A stretch of DNA of 64,000 nt from Cenococcum geophilum (taxonomy: Eukaryota), in contig CP158636.1 in assembly GCA_050273025.1 (NCBI GenBank), forward strand, positions 4,464,001-4,528,000, in the 5' to 3' direction. Positions 1 to 14,396 of the stretch are shown here, piece after piece (the first letter of the stretch is position 1; each line of letters opens with the position of its first letter). The notes under the pieces are model-generated. The model made no database searches, was not told the origin of the DNA, and worked only from the letters and a program-made list of their open reading frames with translations. A program made the translations under genes and the position numbers.

Positions 1-3000
1 ACGGACGCCTTGCGGAACGTCTCTCTCTATTATAACTATAAAGACGCCCTTTTTAAGTAGTCCGTTAATCTCTTTACGTTATAAGTCCGTAAAAGGGGTT
101 TCCTATACTAGAACTAATATATCTATAGGCGGAGATTGCCTTACGGATATTCCTACGGAGGTTAGGTAATTCTTTATTACGGGGTTCTTAGTTATAGGGT
201 GCTTTTAGGGGCGTCCTCAACCGCGCTTTATAGTAGGTTTAGTAGGTTCTATAGGTTTTTAAGGGACTTTTAGGGTAGGCAAGGGTGCTTTTAGTTTATC
301 TAATTCGGCAGTCACTTCTAGTTCGTCTAGTTTGGCGGTTACTTCTAGTTCATCTGGTTCGGCGTTATGGGTGTTTTTAGGCCAAAAGTAAGGTTTTACG
401 GACGTGCTCCTAAAGCTAGTTAGGCCGCTAGGAAGTTATACGCAGCATATCTCATCTTCTATAGCCAGTAGACAATAAGGTCCGGTCTAGTTGCCGCTCT
501 TACGCTATATAAGGACTTTAGAATTAAGCAGAAGATTATAAACTAAGGTTGTATTAGGTCCGTTACAATAATATAGGGCGCTATTAACAGCTTATTTGGC
601 CCGTGATTTAACTATTTCAGCTATTGCCTTCCGTATTGTAGCTACTCGTTCTATAATAGACGGGGTAGGAGGGCCTAGGTTGCTTATCCTCAGGTAGGCT
701 CCGTAGACTAAGAGGGTGGGTACTAGTCCGTCAGGGCCAGCGGTGTTGTTAATAGCTTTTACGGCCATCTATAGAGCTAGTTCCTTTTAGATGTCCTTAC
801 ATTCGTCCGTAATAATCTAGTAAGCTCTTTATAAGGCTAAGTAGGCTTACTTAATAAGCCCAACAGACCAATACGCCTTAACTAGGACAGCTTTTGTTAA
901 TATAGCTATAGCCGTAGCATACTACTAAAATTCCTTACTAATAAAGTTCCTACTAGCGTCGTGGGTAATATACTTAGAGAGTCTAACGTATATATCAATC
1001 TAGCAGGTCCGTAAGATATCCTAAGTATATTTTGTGGATATATTTTGCAACCAATAGGCGGCTTAATAGTGGGTTGCCTCGTCAATTATATATAATACTA
1101 GGCTGCCGTTAATATATATAATGTCTATATACACTAAGTGGTTGAAATTAAGGTCTTTATAAAGAGTGAACTTAAATCGGCCTAGGGAACGTCCGTATTT
1201 CTAGCAAAAGGAGTAGTATTTAGTTAGGTGGTCGATTGCCTTTTTGTTAATATCGTGTTCAGAGCGTTTAAGAACTCTATATAGCTTTTTAGCTAACGGG
1301 TGGCCAAAACGGCGGTATAGGCGGTGGATCTCAGTACTAGTAAGGTAGTATAGGTTATAGTTAAAAGATTCCTAAATATAGGTCTATAAAGTCTCTCCCT
1401 ATATAAGGAACGGGTGTCTAAATCGTCATATAATTAGTAAGGTAATATACTTACTTTCTAGGGTAGTTACGGGGCCAATTAGGGTGTCCGTAGCATTATT
1501 ATAGTACACCTATAACCTATCTATATCTATAAGATAGAGTAGGAAGGGGGTGTTCGCTTTTACTACGTGGAAGTTAACTAGGCTAATTAGAGTCTTAACT
1601 TTGACTGATTTAATTAATGTAGTTAAGCCGATGCCGAATTAGACGTTTACAGCCCTAGTTTGCGTAATATCAATATCCGTATTATTATTTATGGTGGTCC
1701 TATATATAAGGTATTATCTATAGCCTATAGTAGACTTCTTAGAGGCACCTATGTCGATTATAACACCGTAGAATTCCTTAGGGGTATAGCGTTCTGTGGT
1801 AATATATGCAAATAGGTCCTACTTATAATCTATAACGTCTATAATAGGGGTGCTTATAGAATGGTTTTTAGGCGCAACTAAGTATATAAAGGAACGGTCG
1901 GCTAATACGGTCGTAATATTAAAGGCTTAGCTGTCCGTAAAAGGTCTAAAAGTAGTTAGAAATGTTTCTAAGGTCTCTTATTCCTAAGCGTCTAAGTTAA
2001 AGTTAATTATAAGTGCTTTTATTAACTTATTAGGGGGCTCTTCTACTTCCTCTTCTTTATATTCCAAAATAAACTAGTTAATACGGCTATTAAGTCTCTT
2101 TCTAAACTTATTACGTTCTTCCTGGATATACCTTATAGACTAATATTCTTCCTTACTATATATAAAGCACCTCTGGCTAGTTTATTTACGGGGGTATATT
2201 TTCGTATAGGGGTTACTACGGGGGTTATAGGTAAGACTTAGTCGGTACGGGTGCTGCTAGCGGTAGCGGCGGTCCGTAAAGTAGACGTCTAAGTCTATTT
2301 ATGGATATTAAATATCCGTAATAAAGGCTTAAGTGCTGCCTAGTGGGTTTAAGACTTTATACATTATAATAGAGGAGCGTAGATTATTAATAAGGCCAGC
2401 TAAGGTATTTGTAGGCTTATAGTAGGCATATTTATAAGGCTCTACTTCCTAGTAGGCTGTAATAAGTTTATTATACAGGAAGTCGTCTATTTAAAGCTTA
2501 GCGTTAAGGCCGTGCTATAGGTGCCGGAGGTCTTTAATAAGAATTTATAGGCACTCTATAGTTAATTTTTTAGTATTCTTATTAATTACGGTCCATAGCT
2601 TAGTCGCATTCTATTAGATAAGGATATTACGATTATATTCTAGTCCTTTAAAGTAGTTACAGGTGGCTTTATATAGCTTATTAAAGGGAACACCAAGAGG
2701 GTTACTCTTAAGGTTAGTATAGTAATGGTTAAGTGCTAGGCCGTACAGTATAGTAGAGTAGGCTTGGCTAAACTCTTGTTTAGGAATATTAGCCTTTTAG
2801 CAAAGGTCCGTAAAGATAGTTAGTTTAAAGTCGAAGTTATCGTTTTCACTACTATACTTAGATTTGTTAGTGTAAAGCTTAGCTAGGTTAACTAGCTCCT
2901 TACTATAGGTCTTTACTTAGGTAGGTTACGGATCTATAACTTGCAGATCTATAGCTTATAGATATATAGCTTATAGATATATAGTTTGCGGATATATGGC

Positions 3001-4248
3001 TTATAGATCTATAACTTAAATAATAGGGATAATTTAGTCCGTATTTTAGTTTATAGGGGTATTATAGTCCGTATTTTGGGTTATAGGGGTATTATAGTCC
3101 GTAGCGTAGTCCGTAACTTAAGAGTAGGGTATATTTTAGTTAGCAAGGTTAGCTTTAAAGCCGCTTAGGTCTATAGGATGAATTTGGTTAAGTAGGTTAG
3201 GTATAAGGCCGGCGATCCTATTAAGTTTAGAAGAAGCAAAAAGTTCTTTAATAGTTTTGACCTAGTCTAGGATTTCCTCTTTAGTCTATTCTATTTGGTT
3301 TTTCTTATATATTATATTATACAAAGACTATATAATAGTAACTCGTTTATCCCTTTTAACTTATACACCTTAGTTACGTAAAAGGGTTCGTAGTTTACGG
3401 ATAGTAATAGGGTTGCAGGCCTTAAAAATAGCTTCCATAAAGTCCGCAAAGTCTTCCTAGTATTACTCCTATAGGTCGTCATTTATAAGCTTAAAGTGTT
3501 TATATTTAAGAATTTTAAAACTAATATAGTCGTTAACGTTGTTTATAGACGTAACGTCGACTCCTTGTCTCCACTTCTTTTAACCTTCGCTAACTTGCTT
3601 GCTAATATCTGCCATACTATATAATATAGTGTAATGCGTAGCGGGTGGTAGCAGCTTATAACGGGTGGGGGAGGTCTTATAACGGTCCGTAAAATCAATT
3701 AACGGGTCCGTAATAGTTCGTAGAAGGGTAGGGGGTTTCCATAAAAGGTCCAAAGAGGTTTAAGGTTTAAGGGGGTTAAGGATAGGGGTTCCGTATAGGT
3801 CTGTATTCGCATTTATAACTTCCGGTAAACTATACTAAGACTTAAATAAGCATATAGAGTTGTTAATAGGTCCGTAATCCCCAACTTCCGACCTTTTAGT
3901 AGGTCGTACTAGGAGTCTAAACAGGTAGTCGCTATTAAGTATTACTTAGGGGAGGTATCGAGTAATTGCTAATCTGTGCGCGCTCACTAATCAGTGTTTG
4001 TACCAACTTAATGGTATAAGTAAGTTATATCCTGGGGCACGAAATACGTTTAGTATTATATGCTCTTTGGGATAGTGGTGACTATCAATTGTATAAAGCA
4101 GACTACGTAGTCTATATACTGATGCGCCTCCCCCCTAATTAGTTAGTGCTTTATAAGTGCACCAGACGTATAAGTAAGTGGTTAGTGCACTAAACACGTA
4201 AACGCGTACCTGGTGTACCGAACGCGTAAGTACGCGGTTAGTATAATA
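1..4248 (-). mobile_element. RIP-degenerate Ty1/Copia-like LTR retrotransposon (element A): 5' LTR, gag and integrase; runs off the left edge; nested in Gypsy element C
   Basis: Minus strand at about 690-770 reads AVKAINNTAGPDGLVPTLLVYGAY, the same integrase motif as element B at 56341-56420. TA-rich with many TAA/TAG stops. LTR-like segment 3995-4248 is followed on the minus strand by CTGATTAGTG, like the CTAATTAGTG after the 5' LTR of B. Confidence 0.85.
3995..4248 (-). repeat. 5' LTR of Copia element A
   Basis: Ends ...GGTACAAACA on the minus strand just before the PBS-like motif. The right boundary abuts Gypsy C sequence homologous to about 42840 onward. The partner LTR is outside the window. 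Confidence 0.6.
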
Positions 4249-7200
4249 GGTGCTGTAATTATACAGGAAATAACTCTAAGTAGTTTAGCAGTCGCTTTTC
4301 CTAGGTCCCCCTTAAGTAACTTATTCTTTAGTAATTCTTTTTTATTAATATTACCTAACCTATTCTCTTCTAATACTCCTATACCTTTCCTATAGCATTT
4401 TTTAAATTTTCTAGTAGCTCCTAAGTAGTCTTAATATAGCCTATCCACTTTATTTTATACTATGTTTTATTATCTATATCCTTATAACTAATAATCCTTA
4501 AAACTTACTATTTGTCCTCTTCTTGTCCTCTATACATATCTGCTTTATAGGCTAGTAGCTTAATATTCCTATATACCAGTTTTAGCATTATAATATACTA
4601 TATAGGGTAGATTTTTATTTTAGCTAGTAGGTTTAATTTAAATATAACCAGTAAAATTCTTTATATAATTTTAAAAGGTCCTAGTCTAACATAGTCTAAT
4701 TTCTTACTTAGTTATTAACTCTTAAAATTTTTATATAGTAGCTATACTTTATCTCCCTCCTTAAGATCTAGTCCCTTAGATCTCTTAGCGTTATAGTATT
4801 TTTTTATTCTTTACTATACTACCTTAGCTGTTTCCATAAGGTTCTTATAAAGATTTATTAGTATCTCTATCTGTTACTTAGCTGTACTACTTATTTTCTT
4901 TACTTAACGTAACGATAATAATGTTCTTAGCTCGTATCCATAATTCGCCTTAAATAGTAAAGTGTCTATTCCTTCTTATAGTGTTATATTATATATAAAC
5001 TATATAACTAGTAACAGTAATACCTAATTGTTTTATACGTAATTAATATAATATTTTAGGTACTATTCTAGTATCTAGTTTAATCTTTCTATTTAACCGT
5101 CTGTCTGCGGATAATATATAGTAAAAGTTACTACTTAAACTCCTTATTCCGCCAAAAATACCTCCTAAAATATTACTATAAATCTTAGATTTCTGTCTAA
5201 TATAATTTTGCTTAGTACTTTATATCTTATAAACACTTCTTTAATATAGATTTTAGCGATATCTTCTGCTAATATCTCTTCTATATATGCTATAAAGTAT
5301 CCCTACTTTATAAGCTTATCTACTATTACTAAGATTATATTATAATCTTGTCTGATAATAGAGTCTCTTAACCTTAGTAACTTAATAATAAAGTCCTATA
5401 ATATAACCTCCTATAGTCTTTCTAGTATTTTAATAGGTTATAGCCCTCCGTATAGCTTATACCTTATTAATTTATTCCTTTAGCAATCTAGATACTCTTT
5501 AGTGACCTTTCTAGCTATTCTCTAGATTCTATTAATAATGTACTCTTTTTAAAGTCTTAATACTAAGCCCATAGCTCCGTTGTGTCCTTAAGTTAGTCCT
5601 TTATAAAAGTCCTCTATAAAGTGCTCTACTATACTTCTTAGGATATACTTTACTTCTTAGTTTTTATATATATCCATCTATAGATCTTCTAGCTGTGCTT
5701 CTAAAATTCTCTATACCTAAAAGCTTTTTAGTATCTTATAAATTCTTTTTAACTTATCCTCTTAAATTATTATAATCTTCGGATAATTATATCTAATTAG
5801 TCTATCTATATCTTTTCGCAGTAAAGCCCCTAATGGCTTTTCATTGTTCTATAGTTTAGCTTTTTAACTTAACGCATTGGCTTACGTATTATCTATGCCC
5901 TTAGTATACTAAATCTTAAAATGGTATTCTATAAGCATCTCTGCCTATTTAACCTATCTTTAATTAAGTTCCTTTATTATTAGGAATCCTATTAGGTTCT
6001 TATAATCCGTCTTAACTATAAATAGTTTTTCTATACCTTATAAGAATGCTCTTTATTTCTTTAGTACTATAACTATACCTAATAACTCCTTATTATAGAT
6101 GTTATAGTTTAGTTCTAGTAGTATTATTTTCCGACTATAGTATACTACTAGATGCTATCTATCTAGATGCTTTTATATAAAGTATACTCCTAGTATAAAG
6201 TCTAATATATCTATTTCTACAACCGTTTCTAGTCCTAGTTAATAGATTTTAAGAACTAGCTCTTAGGTAAATAACCTCTTAACTTCCTTAAATAGTTCTT
6301 ATTATTTTTTTCCCTATAACTATAGTTTCTCTTTCTTCGTTAATTATGTAAATGGCTTAATATCCTTTAATTATTACGCTATAAACCTTCTGTAGTAATT
6401 GCAAAACCCTAAAAACGATCTTAACTGCGTAATATTCTCTAGTTCTTACTAATTTACTATAGCCTCGATCTTTTTCAGATCTATACTAAGTTGGCCTAGT
6501 TTAATAATAAATCCTATAAAATTGGTCTTTCTAGTAAAGAACTCGCATTTTTTAATTGCTACTAGTATCTATTCTTCTTATAGTCTCTTTAAGACCTATT
6601 TAACGTGTTCTCCGTATTCTTCCTTAGTCATTAAGTAAATAATAATATTGTTAAGGTATACTATAATAAATTTATCTAAGTATTCTCCTAATATATTATT
6701 AATTTACTTTTAAAATATTACTAGCGCGTTTATAAGCCTAAATTATATAACTAATAGTTTATATAGTTCTTCCTTTAACCTAAAGGCTGCCTTTTATTTA
6801 TTGCCTTTCTTAATTCTAATCTAATAGTACGCCTATCTTAGGTCTATCTTTATAAAGATCTGCGTATTACCTATCCTATCTTAGATTTCGCTAATTAAGG
6901 GTAAAGGATACCTATCCTTTCTAGTAATGCTATTTAACTATCTATAGTTAATACACAGCCTTAGTTTGCCGTTTTTCTTTAGTATAAACAGTACTGGATA
7001 ACCCGCTAATAATTATAATGGTCTAATATATCCCTTTTATAAGTTTTCCTAAATAAACTCTTTTAGTACTCTACCTTCTTCTTCGGTAAGCTTATAGATT
7101 AGAAAAAACCTTAGACTAATTCCTAGTTCTAATTCTATCTTATAGTCCTATGCTATATACTCTAACAGCTTTTTACTTTCTGGTAACTATAGTTTCTTAC

Positions 7201-10200
7201 TATACTTATAGTATCTCTTTAGTATATAGCTTAGCCCTTTTTCTGTTTCTTCGTAGGTCGCTTCTACTTAGTACTATACTAACTTAACTTATTGTTATAT
7301 CCTATAGTATTAAGTATTCTTAATATTAACCTAACCTGTAATCTAATTAATCTTTAGATTATATTTCTGTAACTAAGGCATTCCTAATACTGCCTTATTA
7401 TTCCCTAATGGTAATATATTAAAAGATATCTTAATTTGTCTCCCTTTAATGGTTAACTAAATAGGTCCTATTTTAAGATTAATAATACTTCCTCTATAGG
7501 CTATTAGATCTCCTAAAATTGTTACTAATAGGTAAAAATGCTCTTTTTTCCTATATAGTAATCCCATTCTTTTAACTACTACTAGTAAGATATAGTTCCT
7601 TATTGCTCTACTATCTATTAATGCTTTAAACTACTAATCTCGCTAATTAACTTATAAATTTAGGTGTTATCCTTAAATTCCTTTAAGGGTCTAAGGCTCT
7701 ACTACTAGTTCCCTCTAGTTCTATAGGCCTCCACTTTTTCTAATTATTAGCTACTTAATCCTGTCTATACTTGGTCCAACTTAGGCCAATATTTAGTTTA
7801 CTTTTTATCTTCTACGTACTATAAATAGGTATTTTCTAGATATTCCTACTATTGTCGTCTATCTAAGCATTCTTCCGTAAGGAATTTTCCTAGTTAAAGT
7901 ATTAAATCCCCTTATTCTTAAACTTCTATAGGGTGCTAATTATATATATACTTAGCGTTTCGATACTTCGCTTTATCCATTATCTAATATATTCTTATTA
8001 GATACTTCCGGTTTTTATCCTTAGGTGCTCTATATATATTGCACGTATTATCTATATATGCTATCCACAATAGTGTATAATGTGCTTAGTATCTTAGGTT
8101 AACTCTTAGCTTATCTTTATCCTTAAGTTTAAACCTTTCTTATATTAATTTAAGTATTACAACTTTGTTTGCAGGTACTAAGATTCGTTTTTTACTTCTC
8201 TAGTCCTCTAATTACTCCTCTAGATCTTTTAATATTATAATTAAGGCTCCTTTAATATAAGTTATAGCCTTCTCTATAATTAGGTAGTTTTAGATAACTT
8301 TCTTATCTAGCTGTATATAGAAATCTTCCTACTTATTATTATATTGTTATCTATACTACTTTTAATATAACCCTTTAAGTGTATACAGCGTGTCCGTAAG
8401 AAAATATCTCTTTATTGCTATATTATAATAGCCCTTTATATATCGTTCCTTAAACCTAGTTAGAATTCCTAAATCCTCTTCTTCTTCCAGTTTAGTAAGC
8501 CACTTAGCTCTTAGTATGCCTACTCTCGGCCTATTAGTAATTCTTTATACTAGTGCTCTGTCCCTTATACGTCCTAATATACTAAATCTCTTATTTAGTT
8601 TCTGGTTTTGCTATACAGCAATCCTTACTCTAAATTCTGCTATAATTTTTTTTTACGTCTTATAAGTGGATTCTTAAAGTCGTCTTACTTCTTAATTTTA
8701 ATATTAACTCTTTAATTCTTAGGCTAAACACTATGTTCTCCTAGTAAGTCTTCTGGGTTTATATATTAGTTTCCTAGTTTAGTTGCTATTTGTATTATAG
8801 ATTCCCTAATTTATAAAGAAGCCTCTTACCTCTTATTTATGGGTACCTTTATTTATACTCTAAATTCTTAGTCCCTTAAATTCTTTAATCCTAAGCTTAC
8901 TTCTAACTTAAGCTTAGCTCTCGCCTTAGTTTAACTAGGCGTCTATAGTTCTTATCCTATCCTAAGAGTCTTAAATCTTACTTATCTCGTCTTAAGAGTC
9001 TTATACTGTTAGGAATTCTTATCCTAAGCTTATTTATATATTCCTAAACTAAGCTACTGCCCTACTCTATCGGTTTTCGTCTGTTATAGGTCCTTAGGTA
9101 TACCTTATCTCGTCTTAAGAATCTTAGGGTTTTAGCCTTTTGCCTTTATTAAGTAGTAAGCTAGCACTAGCAGTCGTCTACTTACTTAATCCCTTTTAGA
9201 TATTACTCCTTCCGTCTTATAAAGCAATGGATACTATATCCAACGGTGTTATAATACCCGTTACTAATCCTTGCTCTATAGCGGTCTCAGTCTCTACTTC
9301 TATAATTATATTATTAAGGTTTAGATACCCCTAGTTAGTTCCTTTATCTTCCTCGTTGCTATTAATTAATAAGTACTCTAACTCCATTGTTATTGTTGCT
9401 AATTATTATCTATATATTACTTTAATATCTTAATCCAGCTTATAGAGTTAATCTTATTCTTTATCTAACTCTCTAGTTCCTTTAAGTCCCTTTAACTCTA
9501 GCTTTTATGGCTAATAGCTTACGCCATACTTAGCGTCTTTATAAATTTGGTATGTATTATTATAACAAAATATAAAACTTCTAATTAAACACTCTTTTAT
9601 TCCTTGCAGTATACTATTATCCCTTTATATATATATGTCGGCTATTAGTCTGGTTCCCTTTATTATATAGTAACTCTAACTATCTTTATAATCCTTTATA
9701 AAGTAACCTTATTTTCTGCAATTTATATAAGCTCTATCTTTAAACTACTAACTTTGCTATAGAGTCCGCCTAAACGTCTTCTACTACTAAGATCCCTAGT
9801 TTAGCCTCTACTCCTTAGTCCTATAATTACTAGATCCTTAACCTTTAGGTTTTTATAGTTTCTTACTCTATCTCTTATAGGTTTCTTTAGTACTACTTAG
9901 GTCTATTAGCTCTACGCTATACTATAGTTTCTAACTTAGCTTTGGTTATTACGTACTCTATATCTTATATAACTGTAAAACTCTATCTTAGCCTCTCTTA
10001 GCCTATTCTCTTTAGTAAATCTAATTATTAATCTTAATTACTTAATCTATTAAATCCCTTAGAGTATTAGCATCTTCTATTAGAATAATTATATCCTAAA
10101 CTTTAGCCTTAAGTCCCTATTTATACTATACTATAAGCGCCTTATTATTCTACTTAACTTATATAGCTAGCGTTTAGAATTATATTATATATTTAATTAC

Positions 10201-11201
10201 TAAGGTCCATTACATAATATTTTAGAGTTTTCTTTCCGCTATAGTTACTACCTCTAAGTCTCCGAATATTTATATAAGTTACTCTATAAACTCTTCCTAG
10301 CTTATAAACATAAACCGCACCTCTTAGTTAGTAGTCATCATTCCATTCGCCTATATTTCCATAAGGTAAGGCTTAAACTACTTAAGTGCCCTCCCTAATA
10401 GGAATAGTCCTATATATACTATTCAATCTATAAATATTAGCAGTTTTGCTCCTTTCTATATAACTTTAAAGTGCATTTATATAAGGAATCCTTTAAGCTT
10501 TAATCTTTCTCCTAAGAATCTCTTAATTAAAGGTAACTTAATCTTTACTACCCTTATCCTATTAATCCTTTATTTAAGCGTTGTACTATTCTCTATTAAC
10601 TAGTTAACTATCTCTTATAGCTGTTTAACCATTATAGGTTGCTATAAGTTAGTATCTATTATATTAGTGTTACCTCCTAACCTTAAAGTAGTTACCGCCG
10701 TTAATGGCGTTATAGTAGCTGCTTTTGGTGGCATATTATTTAACTTCTTATATTTAATACTATAACTAGGTAGTAATTATATAACGGAACCTTATAGTAG
10801 GTACTATAATAGGTCCTATTAATAGGCTAGGTGTATAGGTAATGCAAATTAAGTTAATAATATAATAATAACTAGTAGAGTGGTTACCTAACAGATTAAC
10901 TCTAATTATATTCTAAGAATTACTATAAGGAAGGAACTATCTAGGTAGGGATTAAGGGTCCTTAAATACACAACCGTACTCCTATAAAATCCTTCTTATA
11001 CGTAATATACGTGTTATATATAAGGTACGTAAGTTCCTCTTATTTCTTTTGTTTAATACATAGCATGTTATGTAACTCGCTTACTATTCTTCGTTATATA
11101 GTTCTACCGGCTCCATCCTAGACCGTGCTTGTATTAACCAACTAGCTTCTTCCAACTCTTCTCCAAGTAGTCGTAATATCGTACTTAAAGCGTCCGTAAC
11201 A
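4249..11201 (-). mobile_element. RIP-degenerate Ty3/Gypsy chromovirus (element C), same family as element D; 3' end displaced by insertion of element A
   Basis: Long co-linear similarity to 42840-43265 plus 49757-56205. The minus strand gives RT, RNase H and integrase relics (e.g. a YLND/YLDD-like motif near 6650) and a chromodomain relic near 4400-4530. LTR at 10780-11201. Confidence 0.9.
10780..11201 (-). repeat. 5' LTR of Gypsy element C
   Basis: TATAACGGAACC...GCGTCCGTAACA, homologous to the LTRs at 41782-42190 and 55784-56205. Confidence 0.9.
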
Positions 11202-11433
11202 CTCTTAGTCCTTAAATTATACTTATTCTATAAATTATACTTAGTCGTTATAAAGTATCTTACCTTTAGTTAATTTAGAAAACGAATTATCTTAAGGCTA
11301 AGTTACGCCTTAAAATAAAAAATAGAAGAGTATAAGTATCTAGGCTCTTTTAGCGCTAATATATAACACAACTCCCTTAATATACTTAGTAAATTTTGGT
11401 GAGGAAAACCGTGCACTCGTAGTATTATGCACT

Positions 11434-14268
11434 TCACATAACCGTGCGCCAATACGGTTTACTCTCAACCGCCCCCCCTTTTAACTGCTCCACTATCTCC
11501 ATAAACTCCGCCTCAAGGCCTAACTGCTTAACCTCCATCCCAAAACTCCTACAAACCCTTAAATAATGTCTAACATAAGGATAAAACAAACTCTTCCTCC
11601 TTTTAACCCCCCTCTTATTATCTTCGCCCTCCCTGTTTATTAAATAATAACAAACCATTAAAACCTGCCGAATCCACCTAATCCTCCCGCCTTTCTCTAT
11701 TATATATCTCGCATACTCTAACCACAATAGATGGAACCTAAATGGTTTTAAAATTCCTAATCTCTCACTAAATAAAACAGCCTTGATCTCACATAATAGT
11801 TCTAATAGCTCTGTTTACTTCGCATATAGAACATCTTTATCCGGAAACTTGTTATTATTTATATTAATATTAGCACTAAAGAAAAATTCCCTAAAATCAA
11901 CAACTGATTCATCAGTCTTAAGAATACTTAGGATCTGCATTAATATCTAAGCTCTTCCATTAGGATCCGGCAATTGCTCTCGCGAAGCGTAGAAAGCCTC
12001 TATAATTAATAATATCTACGGTTTAAACTCTAAGAACCGTCTCCGGGATTTATAATCTGCGCTATAAAGTATATTTACGAAGTCTTAGCCGGCTAAAGAG
12101 CTGTTAATTTAAGACTATATGCGGATAATATATTTAATGGTAATAGATACCGCGAGAGGGTGGCCGTAAACTGCGTTCGCGATGTTAAGGAGGATTTAAG
12201 TGTTATAAAGATTGACGGTTCCGTCGAGGTTAGCGCGTTTAGTGCAGCGGATTTCTTCCATTACTTTAATAAGGTCGGTAGAGGACATAGGGTCGAGTCT
12301 AATATCATGCCGTAAGCGGTGGGCTTCGCGGAACACAGGGTTGCGGGTTATAAACAGGATGTTCTTCACTTCCCGCGGGAGGGCTGTCTCTTAAATCTTA
12401 AAGTCCTTTTCTAAGTCCTTAATTCTATCTAGGTCGTTAAAAAAAAATAGGGTATCTGCATTCTCCAGATCTTTAAGCCAGGCCTTAAATAGCTCTACTT
12501 TCTCTTCGGCGGTTTCGTTATTCTAAATCCCTTAAAGATCTTAACCGCGGTATTCTTTAAGTAGGTATTTGGGTCCAACACGTCTTGCAATATAAAGGTA
12601 AGCTTAGTGTAACGATTTTACGTCATTAGCGTAGATAAAGAAGATATTTCTCTGGTTAATTTGCTGACGAGTAATCTTAAGTAGTATAGCTGTTTTCCTG
12701 TTATTTGGTAAGATTAGTCGTTTTCCTTAATTATAAAAGATATATATGGATACCCTATACCACCAATCCCTGTTATTATAAGAGCTGTATTATCTTTATT
12801 ATTACGTTTAGCTACAAGCTCTTTCAAGGATTGTAATTCTACCTATTAGCCCTATAACTTACCATTTCGCTTTAAGCCTCGGCCCTCGAAGAACCTTTTC
12901 CCTAGAGGGTAAAAGCAATTTAGAGTAGTAGGCGGTGGAAGCTAAGGTTTCTTTGGACGAGAATATATAATTAGCTATATAAAGACGGGCTTAAAAATAG
13001 AACTACAAATAATGGAAGTTGAATAATTCTCTTTATATATTAGAGCTTGGGACGATAACGCTAGGTTGTTCTAGCAAAAGGCTCTTTAGATGCCTTAGCT
13101 TTTCTATTATATATATAAAACCTCCAAATTTCCCTTTAAACTTATATATAGTGTTATAATCAACGTCTAGCATAGGAGAAGCAATCTAGCCATTTAAGCT
13201 TGCAGATTAGCGGGTAACGACCTTTAATCATAAGTTAAGAAAACCTTTGCTTTCGTAATTAAAGGAGAATATATATAACAATTAAGATTTGCAAAAGAAG
13301 TTTTCTGCGTCTTATAAAAAGCATTAAATAGCGGATGATATTTCATATTAGCAAAATCTTCTTAACTTTCTACTAATATGGGGTTAAAAGCCCTAAGAGC
13401 GTCCAGAATCTCGGAACGAACTCCCCAAGCCAGCTCCGCGACGTTAACTAGGAAAGTATTCCAATCCGCTTCAGTTAAGCTAAAGTAAAGAGTGCTTAAG
13501 AATAGGAGGCCGCAGCACTTTAGATCTATTCCTTAATACTCTAACTTATAAGAGTAGTCGTTTAATTAAATTATTGCCTAGAAAGTATTAGGTCAATATA
13601 TTAGTATCATATTTTAATACAGTATAGTTTACTAACCTGGCGGGCGACAAGTCCACCCATTAAATGGCAAATAAATAATATCGGACGCTGTCTCTCCTGT
13701 TCCATATAAGTTATATATAATTTCTTTTATACTCCTTACATTAGACTACGGAAGCCTCTAGCAATAGCCCAGTCTGTAAATAAAAATAAAGTAATTATGC
13801 ATATAAGTAATTATTTAATCAAGTTTAAAAAGGACAATCTCTATTAAATATAAGGAGCGATCTAGGGGCTAACCTTTTGCGAAGCTCTTATACTACTCAC
13901 GCTTACAAGCAGATGGTGTACCCACTCGTTAATTCCCAAGAGGTTAGCCCTGTCAAATAGCTGAGAGCTATACCCAAACGTCATAATTCAAGCTTAATCA
14001 AAAGGCTTTAATAACGGCAAGAGATCGCGAAGCTACATTTTATAGTTCGTCTTAGCTACCCAGCTCTTAAAGGCATTCCCGTTAAGACCGTAAACTGCAT
14101 AAATACTAAGGAATTATATAAACAAGATATTCTTAGCCTTAGAGATGCCCATTAACCCGGTATAGGGCATTCTTACTTAAGCTCTGGCTCGGCTATAGAA
14201 TACAGAATAGTAATTCCGTTAAATTTATCATTAAATGTCCAATCTGTACAGTGAGTTTTAAATGCCAT
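11434..14268 (-). pseudogene. RIP-inactivated NLR-like gene: N-terminal SesB-like alpha/beta-hydrolase + NB-ARC-type STAND NTPase, with no C-terminal repeat domain
   Basis: Spliced minus-strand reading from ATG 14268: AV(H)GLNGNAF, M(W)LRDLLP, ARIMTFGYSS, RPILFICH(S)MGGLVARQ, CGLLFLST(PH). Then Walker A TGIGG(M)G|KT split by an intron (about 12690-12770) and Walker B TLFFF(D)DLD (about 12430-12452), GHPLAVSIA, ending in ORF 11434-11727. GT..AG introns are visible. In-frame stops are mostly TAA/TAG and revert by C>T/G>A. Confidence 0.85.
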
Positions 14269-14396
14269 ACTTTTGTGTTTCTTAGATGGTAGCGTAATTG
14301 TGCCAACTTAGTTATCAAGCTAAGATGCAAGCAAGATCTATCCTATCTCAGTTAACAATCATCTCGTTTCAGGAGTATCCTATCCAATCAGCTGCC

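Noticed and set aside
2930..3120. Regular short repeats that could suggest a CRISPR-like array
   Set aside because: Tandem 15-30 nt repeats without unique spacers, lying in the gag linker of Copia A. Eukaryotic context.
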